Below are positions 43,441 to 54,364 of a DNA stretch of 56,140 nt, piece after piece. Each line of letters opens with the position of its first letter. Positions within the stretch are counted from its first letter, which is position 1. This DNA comes from a virus (lineage: Duplodnaviria; Caudoviricetes): the IMG/VR virus record IMGVR_UViG_3300044972_000535, positions 1 to 56,140 of that record, one strand, 5' to 3'. A program made the translations under genes and the position numbers. The notes under the pieces were generated by a model. The model worked only from the letters and a program-made list of their open reading frames with translations. It made no database searches and had not been told where the DNA came from.

Positions 43441-46400
43441 ATGGCTACTATTACGCTGCGAGCCGCTAAGGGTTCGCCTCTCACCAACACTGAGGTTGAT
43501 AACAACTTCAGCGCGCTGAACACTGAACTGGCAACGAAGGCGAACTCTGCATCGCCTTCGCTGACCACACCCATCCTCGGCGTTGCCACTGCAACTAGCA
43601 TTGCCGCAAGCTTGGGTGCCGTTGGCACACCTGCGTACACGTTCACGGGCGATACCGACACCGGGATGTGGTCCCCGGCTGCTGACACGATTGCCTTCAG
43701 CGAGGGTGGCGTGGAGGCCATGCGCATCGACAGCAGCGGCAACCTCGGGATCGGTACTTCAACACCGGGTTCGAAGCTAGAGGTCAGTGGAACCACGCGC
43801 TCCACCGCCTTGGTCGTGACCAGCGCCACCGCATCGGCTACCACAACGCAGTTGACCAACTTAAACAGTGGGTTCCAGCTAAATACGGTGAACGGCAGCA
43901 GCAGCAGCGCATCCGGCGATGTGCAAGCTACACTCGGGCTGTACTACAGTTCCTACCTGAACGGCGGCATCCAGTTTCCGCGAGGTGGTGACGGCACGAA
44001 CGGTTGGCTGAACTTCATGACGGCTGGCACTGAGAAGATGCGCCTCGATGCCGCTGGTAACCTCGGGATCGGGAACACTGCGCCAACGACAAGACTCGAC
44101 GTATCCGGGAGTATCACTTCACGCAGCGGATCGGTCATAGCCGACACTCTGACAAACTACGGCACCAATCTGGTGATCAACGCTGCGGGCGGTTTAGACA
44201 CTATCTTTCAAACTAACGGCACCGAGCGTATGCGCCTCATCACCGGGGGCAACGTCGGGATCGGGACGAGCGCGCCGGGTGTCCCTTTGGATGTCAATGG
44301 CGCGACCCGGATACGAAGTAACTTTTTTGTGTACGGTACTGGCGACCGTTTGAATGTGCTTCCGGGGGCGGCTGCCAGCGGTGTAACCGTTCTTTCCACA
44401 AACAATGGCAACAGCGACTATGCACCGCTGGTGCTTGATGGCAGCAGGGCGGTGTTCAACGCGCTTGGCACCGAGCGTATGCGCCTCGACGCCAGCGGCT
44501 ACCTTTTGGTCGGGACGACATCCTCTGCGGGGGTTGGTTCTTCCCGTATACAAATCGGAGGTTCTGGCCCTACAACTCAGATACTCGCCAAGACTTCAAC
44601 CGGCCATTTCGCAACATACGCCACAGGAACCGACGTTTATCAATCATGGGCCAGCGGAGGCCTTTTGGCTTTTGGCGTTGCTCCGGCAGACGGCTCTACA
44701 TTTACCGAGCGTATGCGTATCGACAGCAGCGGCAACGTCGGGATCGGGACGACTTCAGTAACTACCTCTCGCGTTCAGGTTAAAGGCGCTAACAATACGA
44801 CAAATGCCTTTGATGATGGACTAAAGGTCACATCAGCAAATGAAACTGTTTCTACTCAGTATTCATGGGCGGGTATTAACGCAAACGATACGCTTCTATT
44901 TGCGACCGGCGGAACTGAGCGTATGCGCATTGCAAGTAGTGGCATTGTTACAGCCACTACCTCGTTCAATGCGCCGGTTTTTAACGACAGCAATGACTCG
45001 AATTACTACACCAACCCGTTTGGGACATCTAATCTTCTCGGCCTGACTGTCGCCAACACAATCACTGGCAGCGTCACTGGCAGCGCCGGCAGCCTGTCGA
45101 ATACGACGAACTATTTTATCAACCGTGGCGACATTGCCGCTGCCAGCATCGATAGCGCAACCGGACTTGGCGTTTGGAAGCAGGTGAATGCGGGCGATAG
45201 CCATACCATTATTGCGGCGGGTGCCGGCGGATCGACTAACACGGTCCAACAGCGATTTCATTACACGGGAACCATGGAGTTCCGGAACAATACTGACGGC
45301 GGTACATGGCAGCCGTGGAAGACAGTTCTTACAAATACGAACTACACCAACTACTCGCCATCGCTTACCGGAGGCGGCGCGAGCGGTACGTGGGGAATCA
45401 GCGTCACCGGCTCGTCTGGTTCGACAACTGGCAGTGCTGCGACCTCTGGGTCGGCAGGCGCGTTGTATGCCAACACTGGCGCAGTCAGTAGCGGTCTCCA
45501 GGTTTGGAACGAGATCAGCAACACCACGCTCAACCCTGACGCGGGCTGGTATTACGGTTTGCGAATGGGTCATGGCGACGCCGCCACGTACTACAGCGCA
45601 ACGCTGGCGATACCGTTCTTCGCAGACGGTCTTTATATGCGCCGCAAAACGGGCGGCACAGACACCGCGTGGCGGCGTTTCTGGCACAACGGCGATGTCA
45701 GCATTACAGCGGCCACGGACTTTCAAGCGCCGGTCTTCAAAGATAGCGACAACGCCGCTTTCTACCTCGACCCTGCCGGCACAAGCAATCTGTCTAGGCT
45801 GACCCTAAACCCAGGCGTTCTCGGCGTAACCACTGGTTTTTACATAAACGGCGGAGATATCACCGCTGCCAGAACTCCTACAACCGGCGCTATTTATTTA
45901 AGCAATGGCGCGTCGTCATATATTTATTTTGACGGTTCTTCATATGAATTTGGTCCATCTGGATTTGTTACGTCCAGCGTAAGCCTTCGCGCGCCTGTTT
46001 TCTACAATAGCCCCAACACTGCTTTCTACGTCGATCCTGACGCAACCTCCGTCCTAAGCGCCCTTAATCTTGGCGGGCGTCCAACAACGAACGCTGTGTA
46101 TTACTCAGGCTTTAGCCTTGACGCCAACACGATGGATGCGAACTCGACTGGGTTTACCTACTCACTCAATGCGCCGCATACCGGCCCAATCGTACGTTTA
46201 GGCGATGGAGGGTACAGCCTTCAGCTAAATGCGCCGTACTCTGGCAACGGGAACAAGCTGTCTTATCGCACTCGACAGGGCGATGCTGGCACATTCAATT
46301 CCTGGTTTTCCGTTGCTACTTATGATGTCAACCCTGGCAGCGGCGAACTGTATGCAACGAAGTTCTCAGATGCCGCTAACTCGGCATACTACTTAAATCC

Positions 46401-47436
46401 CGACAGCACCTCCGCCTTATACGACGCCATTGTCATTGGCCCGAATCCTTCGTGGGCGGCGTTTCTTAGAGTCGGCGGAAATGGTGCGAATTCGGATATG
46501 GCTACAGTGGCCGCATCTAATGGCAATCTGCATCTGGACAGCAAGAACGCCGGTTACCATATTTATCTAAACCATTCATCAAATGGAAATGTCATGATGA
46601 ACGGTGGCGGTGGATATGCCGAGTCATACCACAGTATGCGCGCACCGATCTTCTATGACAGCCAAAACACTGGCTTCTATAGCGACCCTACCAGCACATC
46701 TAATCTAAATGCAGTGTTGTCTTACTCTTACCAGGGTAACGGCAATGTCGGCAGTACAGGTAATGCTTCGTGGCATCCGAGCGGCGTTTACTCAGCCGGA
46801 CCCAACTGGCTATATGGCGGCATCCATGCCGGTGGCGGAGACATCAATAACGTCAACAACTGCTACGCAAGCGTCTTTTCCGACAAAGACGACAGCACGT
46901 ATTACCTTAATCCAGCGGGATACTCCCTAATCAACGGTAACGGAAGTACCGCTGGGTCTGCCGGCGTAGCCTTGAATATCTACTCAACAGGGGCCAATGG
47001 GGCCATCATGGCCTTCCATCGCGGCGGTCATTATGCCGTGAACATGGGGCTAGACAACGACAATGTGTTCCGCATTGGTGGCTGGTCAGCAGCTGCCAAC
47101 CGTCTTCAGATGGACATGAGCGGCAACCTGACAATGGCCGGCAATGTCACGGCCTATTCGGACGCTCGCCTCAAAGAAAATATCATTACCGTAACAGACG
47201 CACTCGGCCTTGTCGGTCGGATGCGCGGGGTCACCTATACCCGGACAGATACTGGTGAAGCCGGCGTTGGTGTTATCGCGCAGGAAATGCTCGAAGTGCT
47301 GCCGCAGGTTGTCCAGCAAGGCATCGGTGATGACGACACGCTTTCGGTTGCTTACGGCAACATTGTCGGCGTTCTCATTGAGGCTATCAAAGAACTTGAA
47401 AACGAAGTATCGACGATCAAGTCGAGACTGCACTAG
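43441..47436 (+). CDS. Tail fibre with C-terminal intramolecular chaperone (peptidase S74)
   Basis: Repeated ERMRIDSSGNVGIGT and APVF.DS.N..FY.DP; YSDARLKENI...GVIAQE...V.YG. Confidence 0.88.
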   Translation: MATITLRAAKGSPLTNTEVDNNFSALNTELATKANSASPSLTTPILGVATATSIAASLGAVGTPAYTFTGDTDTGMWSPAADTIAFSEGGVEAMRIDSSGNLGIGTSTPGSKLEVSGTTRSTALVVTSATASATTTQLTNLNSGFQLNTVNGSSSSASGDVQATLGLYYSSYLNGGIQFPRGGDGTNGWLNFMTAGTEKMRLDAAGNLGIGNTAPTTRLDVSGSITSRSGSVIADTLTNYGTNLVINAAGGLDTIFQTNGTERMRLITGGNVGIGTSAPGVPLDVNGATRIRSNFFVYGTGDRLNVLPGAAASGVTVLSTNNGNSDYAPLVLDGSRAVFNALGTERMRLDASGYLLVGTTSSAGVGSSRIQIGGSGPTTQILAKTSTGHFATYATGTDVYQSWASGGLLAFGVAPADGSTFTERMRIDSSGNVGIGTTSVTTSRVQVKGANNTTNAFDDGLKVTSANETVSTQYSWAGINANDTLLFATGGTERMRIASSGIVTATTSFNAPVFNDSNDSNYYTNPFGTSNLLGLTVANTITGSVTGSAGSLSNTTNYFINRGDIAAASIDSATGLGVWKQVNAGDSHTIIAAGAGGSTNTVQQRFHYTGTMEFRNNTDGGTWQPWKTVLTNTNYTNYSPSLTGGGASGTWGISVTGSSGSTTGSAATSGSAGALYANTGAVSSGLQVWNEISNTTLNPDAGWYYGLRMGHGDAATYYSATLAIPFFADGLYMRRKTGGTDTAWRRFWHNGDVSITAATDFQAPVFKDSDNAAFYLDPAGTSNLSRLTLNPGVLGVTTGFYINGGDITAARTPTTGAIYLSNGASSYIYFDGSSYEFGPSGFVTSSVSLRAPVFYNSPNTAFYVDPDATSVLSALNLGGRPTTNAVYYSGFSLDANTMDANSTGFTYSLNAPHTGPIVRLGDGGYSLQLNAPYSGNGNKLSYRTRQGDAGTFNSWFSVATYDVNPGSGELYATKFSDAANSAYYLNPDSTSALYDAIVIGPNPSWAAFLRVGGNGANSDMATVAASNGNLHLDSKNAGYHIYLNHSSNGNVMMNGGGGYAESYHSMRAPIFYDSQNTGFYSDPTSTSNLNAVLSYSYQGNGNVGSTGNASWHPSGVYSAGPNWLYGGIHAGGGDINNVNNCYASVFSDKDDSTYYLNPAGYSLINGNGSTAGSAGVALNIYSTGANGAIMAFHRGGHYAVNMGLDNDNVFRIGGWSAAANRLQMDMSGNLTMAGNVTAYSDARLKENIITVTDALGLVGRMRGVTYTRTDTGEAGVGVIAQEMLEVLPQVVQQGIGDDDTLSVAYGNIVGVLIEAIKELENEVSTIKSRLH

Positions 47437-47447
47437 GAGTAAGACTA

Positions 47448-47825
47448 ATGGCTTTGACATACACGTGGGCGCTGAAGTCCCTGAAGAAAGCAGACGTTAA
47501 CGACCTGTCCAGCGTAATTGTCCAGACATACTGGACCTGCACCGGGACGGACGAAGACGGAGATGACGGAATCTTCAACGGTGCTACGCCGTTTAAGTCG
47601 GAAGACGTTGATATGACGAACTTCACGTCGTACGAAAACCTGACCGAAACGCAGGTTCTCAGCTGGATTCAGGCTATCGTTGTCGGCCCGTACAAGGATC
47701 ACATCGATTCGCAGATCATGCGCCAGATCAAGGACAAGAAGGTTCCTGTGCAGGAAGTGGCCGATGGCCAGTTCCCCTGGTCACCGCCTGCTGAAGCGCC
47801 CACCCTTGAAGGAGAACCTGCATGA
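47448..47825 (+). CDS. Tail-fibre-associated protein
   Basis: YTW....., F..YENLTE.QVL.WI, PW. Confidence 0.65.
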   Translation: MALTYTWALKSLKKADVNDLSSVIVQTYWTCTGTDEDGDDGIFNGATPFKSEDVDMTNFTSYENLTETQVLSWIQAIVVGPYKDHIDSQIMRQIKDKKVPVQEVADGQFPWSPPAEAPTLEGEPA

Positions 47826-47995
47826 ATCCAGAACTCGACAAGCTTGACGCCAACAACAAGGCAGTGACGATTGAAGTCACTGTTCAAGAACTGAACACGA
47901 TCTTCGCCGCTCTTGGTGAAATGCCGCACCGCGTTTCCGACCCGATCATGCGGAAGGTTTTCGAGCAGGCGAGCAAGCAGCTGCCGAAGGCGTAA
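47822..47995 (+). CDS. Small hypothetical protein (57 aa)
   Basis: AAGGAG RBS; ELNTI..ALGEMP..VS...I. Confidence 0.65.
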   Translation: MNPELDKLDANNKAVTIEVTVQELNTIFAALGEMPHRVSDPIMRKVFEQASKQLPKA

Positions 47996-47998
47996 CGG

Positions 47999-48454
47999 AT
48001 GACGCTCCAGTCCTCCGGCGCGATTTCCCTGTCGCAAGTCAACACGGAACTTGGGCTATCTAGCACAGCCTCAATTTCGTTGAATGACGCTGCGGTGCGG
48101 ACGTTGGCCGGAGTGGCATCTGGGGCGATATCAATGTCGAACTTGTATGGCAAGAGCAACGCGGCTGTATGGACGCCGGCAGGCGGCACATCAGCGGGTT
48201 CGCCAGTGGCAGTAGGCGATGGATCGAGTACTCAGACGATCACGTGTTCGCAGACCGCGACATGGACATGGACTCGTTCAGGATCAACTGCGGCGACCGC
48301 GTCTATTGCGACCGGTGGCAGCGGGACAACGATTACTTTCAACCTTCCTAACGCGACCACCTCTGTGAGAAATTCGACTTTCACACTCAGTTCAACCGCT
48401 GGCAGCGTAACACGCTATTGGAGTGTCTCGCTCACGAACGAAGGTTTTGCGTAA
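47999..48454 (+). CDS. Putative fibre tip/adhesin-like protein
   Basis: MTLQSSGAISLSQVNTELG...ISMSNLYGKS N-terminus, Ser/Thr-rich body. Confidence 0.6.
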   Translation: MTLQSSGAISLSQVNTELGLSSTASISLNDAAVRTLAGVASGAISMSNLYGKSNAAVWTPAGGTSAGSPVAVGDGSSTQTITCSQTATWTWTRSGSTAATASIATGGSGTTITFNLPNATTSVRNSTFTLSSTAGSVTRYWSVSLTNEGFA

Positions 48455-48553
48455 GAACTAAGGCTGATATTTGCGGCAGGACCGAACTTCCGCTAAACGA
48501 CATGAGAAACAACCCAAGTATGGAGGTGGGGATACGTAGGTAGGAGGCGGTCC

Positions 48554-50230
48554 GTGGCAGCGATTAAGATTCCGACGTTTGGCGGTCTTTTCCCACAGGT
48601 GTCTCCGCGCCTGCTGCCAGATACAGCAGCAACTATCGCATCGAACGCCCGCCTCGACACAGGACGCCTGTCGTCATGGCGCGCACCCCTGATTATCTCG
48701 GATCATAACAACGCGATATTCGCGGTGCCTGGCACAACCAAGACGATCTTCAAGCATCGTGACCGCCAGGGTAATGGCTACTGGCTGATCTGGAATACTG
48801 AAGTCCACGCCGTCCCTAGCCCAATCGCGGAAGACCCGTGGGACAGGCTGTACTGGACCGGTCAAACCTTCCCCCGCATGGCAATCGGCACAGAGGTGGC
48901 ATCGTCTGCCTACCCGTCGTATCAGCCATCATCGTCGCGCAAGCTTGGCGTTACTGCTCCGGCTGCTTCCCCGGTGTCGGCTCTCACTACTGACGGCACC
49001 GATGACTCAACGCCGCTGTCGCGTTCCTATTTGTACGCATGGGTGTCAGGCCTGGGCGAAGAAGGGCAGCCTTCTCCCGCCTCAAACATCCTGGAAGTGA
49101 AGAGCGGCGGAACTGTCACTCTGACATTTGCGGAGTCAGCGCCTTCCTATATCTACAACACTGGCGGGCAGCCGGCCAGGCGGCGCATCTACCGCACCAA
49201 CATCAACGGCGAGTACCAGTTCGTTGCGGATATCGCATCGACTGCGACCACGTACGCCGACAACAAGCTGGACGAGAACCTGGGGGAACTTGTCCCTACA
49301 GCTGAGTGGGACGCTCCTCCAGACGACAATGGCGGCGACCATCCTGATGGCCCAATGATCGGCTTGACCGCAATGCCGAACGGAATGCTTGCCGGCTTCT
49401 CTGGCCGGTCGGTCTTCTTCGCAGAGCAGTACCTGCCTCACGCATGGCCTCGAGCGTATTCGCTAACCACCAAGTCGAAGGTTGTAGGCCTGTCCTCGAT
49501 CAGCATCGGCCTGATGGTGATGACCCAAGGCAAGCCTGTTCTCATGACTGGCTCTGCACCTGGCGGGATGTCGGCGGTGGAAATCGACAGCAACCAGGCC
49601 TGCGTGTCCACGCGATCAATTGCCGATATGGGTGAGATTGCCATCTACGCATCCCCTGACGGCCTGGTGGCGGCTGGCGAAAACGGCGTCCAGCTGATTA
49701 CCGAAGGCATCTTTACCCGTGACCAGTGGCAGGCGCTAAAGCCTGAAAGCATCCACGGCTATCACTACGAAGGTCGGTACATCTTCTTCTACGACACTGG
49801 CACGGTGAAGGGCGGATACGTCATGGACGGTCGCTCGCAAACGCCTGAGTTGGTGACGCTCGACTTCCACGCCCTCGCAGGCTTCAACGATCCGTTGGAC
49901 GACGCTCTGTACCTGCTGGTGACGGATGTCACTGGCACGAACGTCCGTAAGTTCGATGCAGGCGCATTGCTGACGTACACCTGGCAGTCGAAGGAACTGC
50001 GGCTCGAGAAGCCGATCAACCCGTCGTGCGCAATCGTTGACGCAGAAGCCTATCCGGTGACATTCACGATCTACGCTGATGGCGTACAGAAGTACCAGTA
50101 CGCCGCGCCGAACGGGAATATGTTTCGCCTCCCGGCTGGATACCTCGCCAAGGAGTTTCAGCTTCGCCTCAGCGGCACAGGCGCGGTCAACGCAGTGATG
50201 GTGGCTGAGTCTCCGGAGGAGTTCCAGTGA
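48554..50230 (+). CDS. Tail nozzle/stabilisation protein
   Basis: F.G..P...PRLLP...A..A.N, P.AWP..Y, CVS.RSI, YASPDGLV, WQSKE. Confidence 0.72.
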   Translation: MAAIKIPTFGGLFPQVSPRLLPDTAATIASNARLDTGRLSSWRAPLIISDHNNAIFAVPGTTKTIFKHRDRQGNGYWLIWNTEVHAVPSPIAEDPWDRLYWTGQTFPRMAIGTEVASSAYPSYQPSSSRKLGVTAPAASPVSALTTDGTDDSTPLSRSYLYAWVSGLGEEGQPSPASNILEVKSGGTVTLTFAESAPSYIYNTGGQPARRRIYRTNINGEYQFVADIASTATTYADNKLDENLGELVPTAEWDAPPDDNGGDHPDGPMIGLTAMPNGMLAGFSGRSVFFAEQYLPHAWPRAYSLTTKSKVVGLSSISIGLMVMTQGKPVLMTGSAPGGMSAVEIDSNQACVSTRSIADMGEIAIYASPDGLVAAGENGVQLITEGIFTRDQWQALKPESIHGYHYEGRYIFFYDTGTVKGGYVMDGRSQTPELVTLDFHALAGFNDPLDDALYLLVTDVTGTNVRKFDAGALLTYTWQSKELRLEKPINPSCAIVDAEAYPVTFTIYADGVQKYQYAAPNGNMFRLPAGYLAKEFQLRLSGTGAVNAVMVAESPEEFQ

Positions 50231-53200
50231 CGGTTGCTATCCCGAAGACGCCGATTAAGGGTGATCCGGAAACCCGCAGGTTCCTCGAGGCTATTCGCCA
50301 GTTCCTGGTGGAGAACGGGTCGCGATATCTGACGCGCGGCGATATCAACAGCCAGTCGTTTCTTGACGGCTTAGATGTGATCTTCCCGTTCATTGCGGGT
50401 GGCATCGAAGCGCCGACTATCCCGACAAACCTCCTTGCGAGTGGAGCGTTTCAGAACATCATCCTGGACTGGGAGTACCGGTCGTACCGGGGTCATGCCT
50501 TTACTCGGGTTCGCCGAAACACTGTCAACAACTTCGAGACAGCGACTGTACTCGCGAACGTGAACGGCAAGGTCTACGCTGATCCTGTTGGCCCAGGCCA
50601 ATCGTTCTACTACTGGGTTAGCAACGTCAACCTTGCCGGTGCCGAGTCGGCACCGAACCAGGTGTCAGGTACTCTTGGTCAAACGCAGCCTGACATCGCG
50701 TACTTGCTTGACCTGTTGTCGGATTCAATTGGATCGAGCCAGCTGAACACCGAACTCGGTACGCGGATCACGTCTATCGAGTCGTTGCAGACGACCATAC
50801 AAGGCCAGATCGACGACCTCGAAGAAACCTTCGGAAACTCGTCGTCTTCGTCAGACAACCTGGCGGCAGCACAGGCCGCTGCTAACCAGGCGATTGCCGC
50901 GAAGGTTGAGGCGATTGGCGCTAAGGACACGGCAGTCCAGGCCAAGGTCGACGCGCTGATCGCCAAGGACGACTCGGTCACCGCAAAGAACACGGCACAG
51001 TCGGCGGCAACGAACGCAAGCACGTCGAGTGGCAGCGCAACCAATTCAGCTACCACTGCCCAGACAGCAGCCAGCCAGGCTGCTACCTCTGCCACTGGCG
51101 CTGCCACAGCTGCATCAGCTGCACTGACCGCACGTACCGCTGCTGAAGCTGCTAATACATCTGCGCAGACCGCGTCTTCTGCTGCGGTGACGGCGGCAAG
51201 CAACGCGGCAACCTATGCGGATAGTGCGGGGTCAGCATCCACGGCGGCTATAGCAGCCAAGGTTGCGGCGGAATCTGCGAACAATTCGGCAGCAACGTCA
51301 GCTACCGCCGCATCAACGAGCGCCTCGACGGCGTCTACCGCTGCCACTAATGCAGCGAGTGCGGCAAGCGCATCGACAACGGCAAAGTTAGCAGCAGAGG
51401 CTGCGAAGACGGACGCGCAGACCTCTGCAAGCGCGGCGGCGACCAGTGCCACGTCTGCCTCTGGGTTTGCCACCAGTGCTGAGGCGGCATCAACGGTTGC
51501 CCAGTCCTCTGCTCTAAGCGCGACAGCGTCTAAGGACAGCGCCGCGACCAGTGCGTCAGCAGCTTCGACCAGTGCAACGTCTGCCAGCGCCAGTGCCACC
51601 AGCGCAACCAATTCTGCGAGCGCCGCCAACACGTCCAAGCTTTCAGCAGAGACTGCCGCAACCACGGCGGGAACGGCCAAGGATACGACTGTTGCGGCGA
51701 AAGACGCCGCGGTCATTGCGAGGAACGCGGCGGAGGTTGCGTCAACAGCAGCCGTGACTGCGAAGAACGATGCCCAGTCTGCCAGCGCAGCAGCTGCTAC
51801 GTCCGCCACCACGGCTGCCCAGAGCGCGACAAACTCTGGCAACTCTGCGTCTGCGGCGGCTGGGTCTGCAACCACCGCTTCGACTCAGGCGACTAACGCT
51901 GCCACGTCAGCCGCGTCGGCCTCTGCTGCCAGGGTGTCGGCGGAAACAGCCAGGGACGCAGCGTCAGGGTCTGCTTCTGCGGCGGCAACAGCTGCCTCTA
52001 CCGCATCGACCAGGTCCACTGAGGCGTCCCAGTCTGCGTCGGCATCCGCCGGTTTTGCCGTCACGGCAAACACTGCCAAAAATGACGCTGTGACCGCAGC
52101 CAGTAACGCTGGTAGTGCCGCAGCACAGGCATCAAACTCCGCCTCTGCGGCAGCCACGTCCGCGTCCAATGCAAACACCAGCGCGACAGTGGCGGGTCAG
52201 TCAGCCACCTCAGCCTCTAACTCAGCAACGTCGGCGTCTACAAGCGCATCGAATGCCCTGACGTATCGCAACCAGGCTTCGCAGTCAGAGACCAACGCAT
52301 CTGGATATGCGACCGCTGCGGCCCAGGATTACACCGTCATCAATGCACGGTTGAACAGTGCCGGCGGAAGCGGGGTATCGGTAGAGCAGTCGCTCACCGC
52401 GAACGCCAATTCAATTACCGGCCTTTATGGGCAGTACACGGTAAAGATTGACGGCAACGGATATGTGTCCGGCTTTGGCCTGGCGTCCACGTCGGTTAGC
52501 GGGGCCACGCTTTCCGACTTCATTGTGCGGTCTGATCGGTTCGCAATCGCCAATCCGTCAGGGCCAGGTGTTGCGCCATCGATGCCGTTTATTGTGCAGA
52601 CCACTGCCACAACGCTCAATGGAGTAAACGTACCGGTCGGCGTCTACATAAGGGACGCCTTCATCCTGAACGGCAGTATTACCAATGCCAAGATCGGCAC
52701 TGCCGCTATTGATACGGTGAAGATCGCGGATGCCGCAATCGCAAACGCCAAGATCGGCGACCTCCAGGTTGGTACGGCAAAGATCGCATTTGGTGCAATC
52801 GACAATGCCCGCATTGGCTTTGCGGCTGTATCCTCCGCGAACATTCAAGATGCTGCCATTACCAACGCAAAGATCGGACTTCTTTCTGTAGACCGGCTGA
52901 GGATCGCTGGGAATGCCGTCACCCTGCCGGTTAACTACACGTCCGCAGACAGCACTATTGACGTAGATATCTTCGGGTCCGCCTCAGCGTTCGCCTATGT
53001 CGGCACCGGCCTGGGCGACTACACGTTCAGCTACTTCTCCTACTACCAGTACGTCGGACCTGGGAACGGCGACTGGGTGTATTCCAATGAGGGCGTGTAC
53101 AGCGGCGGAAAGATGGTAATCGAAACGCCAATGATTGAAGTGGGGGACACTGTCGGCGGCTCGTTGATGTGTGTCTTTTATGGAACAGTAGACGCCACCG

Positions 53201-53466
53201 TAAACCATGACTCCGCGCAGATTCTGGTCATGTATGCGGACTCGGGCGCTGGGTATCAAGTAGTTGGCGCGACAAAGGCGGGCGCTGTCACAACCGGCGG
53301 TAATACCAGGGCGTCTCTTCCGATCACGATGTGTAAAACGCTCACGAACGTGCAGAGCGTACGGATCAAAGTAGTTGCAGGCCGGTCTGTCATAGCAACC
53401 GGCGGAACCTACTACACGTCAACGCTGCGCAACATCACCATATCTGCGTTGGGAATCGCGCGATGA
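50227..53466 (+). CDS. Tail fibre/host-specificity protein with long Ala/Ser/Thr coiled coil
   Basis: Stf-like ASA/AST low-complexity region; YTVKID.NGYVSGFGL, DRFAI, I.NAKI repeats. Confidence 0.8.
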   Translation: MTVAIPKTPIKGDPETRRFLEAIRQFLVENGSRYLTRGDINSQSFLDGLDVIFPFIAGGIEAPTIPTNLLASGAFQNIILDWEYRSYRGHAFTRVRRNTVNNFETATVLANVNGKVYADPVGPGQSFYYWVSNVNLAGAESAPNQVSGTLGQTQPDIAYLLDLLSDSIGSSQLNTELGTRITSIESLQTTIQGQIDDLEETFGNSSSSSDNLAAAQAAANQAIAAKVEAIGAKDTAVQAKVDALIAKDDSVTAKNTAQSAATNASTSSGSATNSATTAQTAASQAATSATGAATAASAALTARTAAEAANTSAQTASSAAVTAASNAATYADSAGSASTAAIAAKVAAESANNSAATSATAASTSASTASTAATNAASAASASTTAKLAAEAAKTDAQTSASAAATSATSASGFATSAEAASTVAQSSALSATASKDSAATSASAASTSATSASASATSATNSASAANTSKLSAETAATTAGTAKDTTVAAKDAAVIARNAAEVASTAAVTAKNDAQSASAAAATSATTAAQSATNSGNSASAAAGSATTASTQATNAATSAASASAARVSAETARDAASGSASAAATAASTASTRSTEASQSASASAGFAVTANTAKNDAVTAASNAGSAAAQASNSASAAATSASNANTSATVAGQSATSASNSATSASTSASNALTYRNQASQSETNASGYATAAAQDYTVINARLNSAGGSGVSVEQSLTANANSITGLYGQYTVKIDGNGYVSGFGLASTSVSGATLSDFIVRSDRFAIANPSGPGVAPSMPFIVQTTATTLNGVNVPVGVYIRDAFILNGSITNAKIGTAAIDTVKIADAAIANAKIGDLQVGTAKIAFGAIDNARIGFAAVSSANIQDAAITNAKIGLLSVDRLRIAGNAVTLPVNYTSADSTIDVDIFGSASAFAYVGTGLGDYTFSYFSYYQYVGPGNGDWVYSNEGVYSGGKMVIETPMIEVGDTVGGSLMCVFYGTVDATVNHDSAQILVMYADSGAGYQVVGATKAGAVTTGGNTRASLPITMCKTLTNVQSVRIKVVAGRSVIATGGTYYTSTLRNITISALGIAR

Positions 53467-53819
53467 ATACAGCCTTCTTCAATGAGATGGGCGGACTTCT
53501 GTGCATAGCAGAAGGCGACAATCTATTAGACGAGGTTCCAGGTGCTGCACACGTTGCGGCTGTTGACCCGCGTCTGACTGCTAATGACATTTGGTTTGAC
53601 GGTACAAGCGTATGCCTGAGACGCCTATTCGCTGTGTCAGTAAGCACCAATCAAATACAAGGCCTCCCGGTCGGGACTCTTGTCATTACGCCCACCGAAA
53701 GCTACGAGGTGGATGACGGAGACATTGAGTTTGTCGTCCAGTACAGCTGCGTAATGAAAGCCACATTAGAACATCCACACTTCGTGACAACTACTGTTGA
53801 GGTTCCCTGTGAAGGTTGA
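53463..53819 (+). CDS. Tail-associated hypothetical protein
   Basis: 118 aa, ATGA-coupled to the fibre gene. Confidence 0.6.
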   Translation: MNTAFFNEMGGLLCIAEGDNLLDEVPGAAHVAAVDPRLTANDIWFDGTSVCLRRLFAVSVSTNQIQGLPVGTLVITPTESYEVDDGDIEFVVQYSCVMKATLEHPHFVTTTVEVPCEG

Positions 53820-53976
53820 GGTCAAGCAGGACTACCGTGATTTGCGGAAGTCAGATTATCCGCCGATAGCCGAACAGCTGGATGCGATGTGGAAGGGTGG
53901 TGACGCTCTCGAGGTTATGCGCGTACGCATCCTGGAAGTTAAACAGAGGTTCCCGAAGAATGATTCTCGCGGTTGA
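53809..53976 (+). CDS. Small tail assembly protein (55 aa)
   Basis: R...YPPI.EQLDAMW......I..VK..FPK. Confidence 0.65.
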   Translation: MKVEVKQDYRDLRKSDYPPIAEQLDAMWKGGDALEVMRVRILEVKQRFPKNDSRG

Positions 53977-54364
53977 TATCCGAAAAGTGTGGGACATCAT
54001 CGTTGATGGACTCCTACAGGTTAAACATCAGACTGGTGCGGAATGGCGTCCAGAGGATATCTATCATGCGGTTCTAAGCGGCAAATCTTTCTTGTTCATG
54101 GATTCTTCCGATCAAGAGAGTTTTGTTGTATTGAATGAATACAGCCACCCGTATCTATCAGAGCGAGTGATGATCGTCGACATTGCCTACAATAAGACGG
54201 GCGATGCGATTGATCGTTACCAGGCGCAAATGGAGGACATAGCAAAGGAAGCAGGGTGCGCGTTCGTTGAGTTCTCTTCCCCAAGAGCGGGATTCAAGAG
54301 AGTCGCAGAAAAACACGGTTACGAAACTGTCTGCACGATCTATAGGAAGAGACTTAATGGGTAA
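53960..54364 (+). CDS. GNAT-fold-like virion morphogenesis protein
   Basis: A...GC..VEF.S.R.G...A...GY; precedes ejection genes. Confidence 0.55.
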   Translation: MILAVDIRKVWDIIVDGLLQVKHQTGAEWRPEDIYHAVLSGKSFLFMDSSDQESFVVLNEYSHPYLSERVMIVDIAYNKTGDAIDRYQAQMEDIAKEAGCAFVEFSSPRAGFKRVAEKHGYETVCTIYRKRLNG

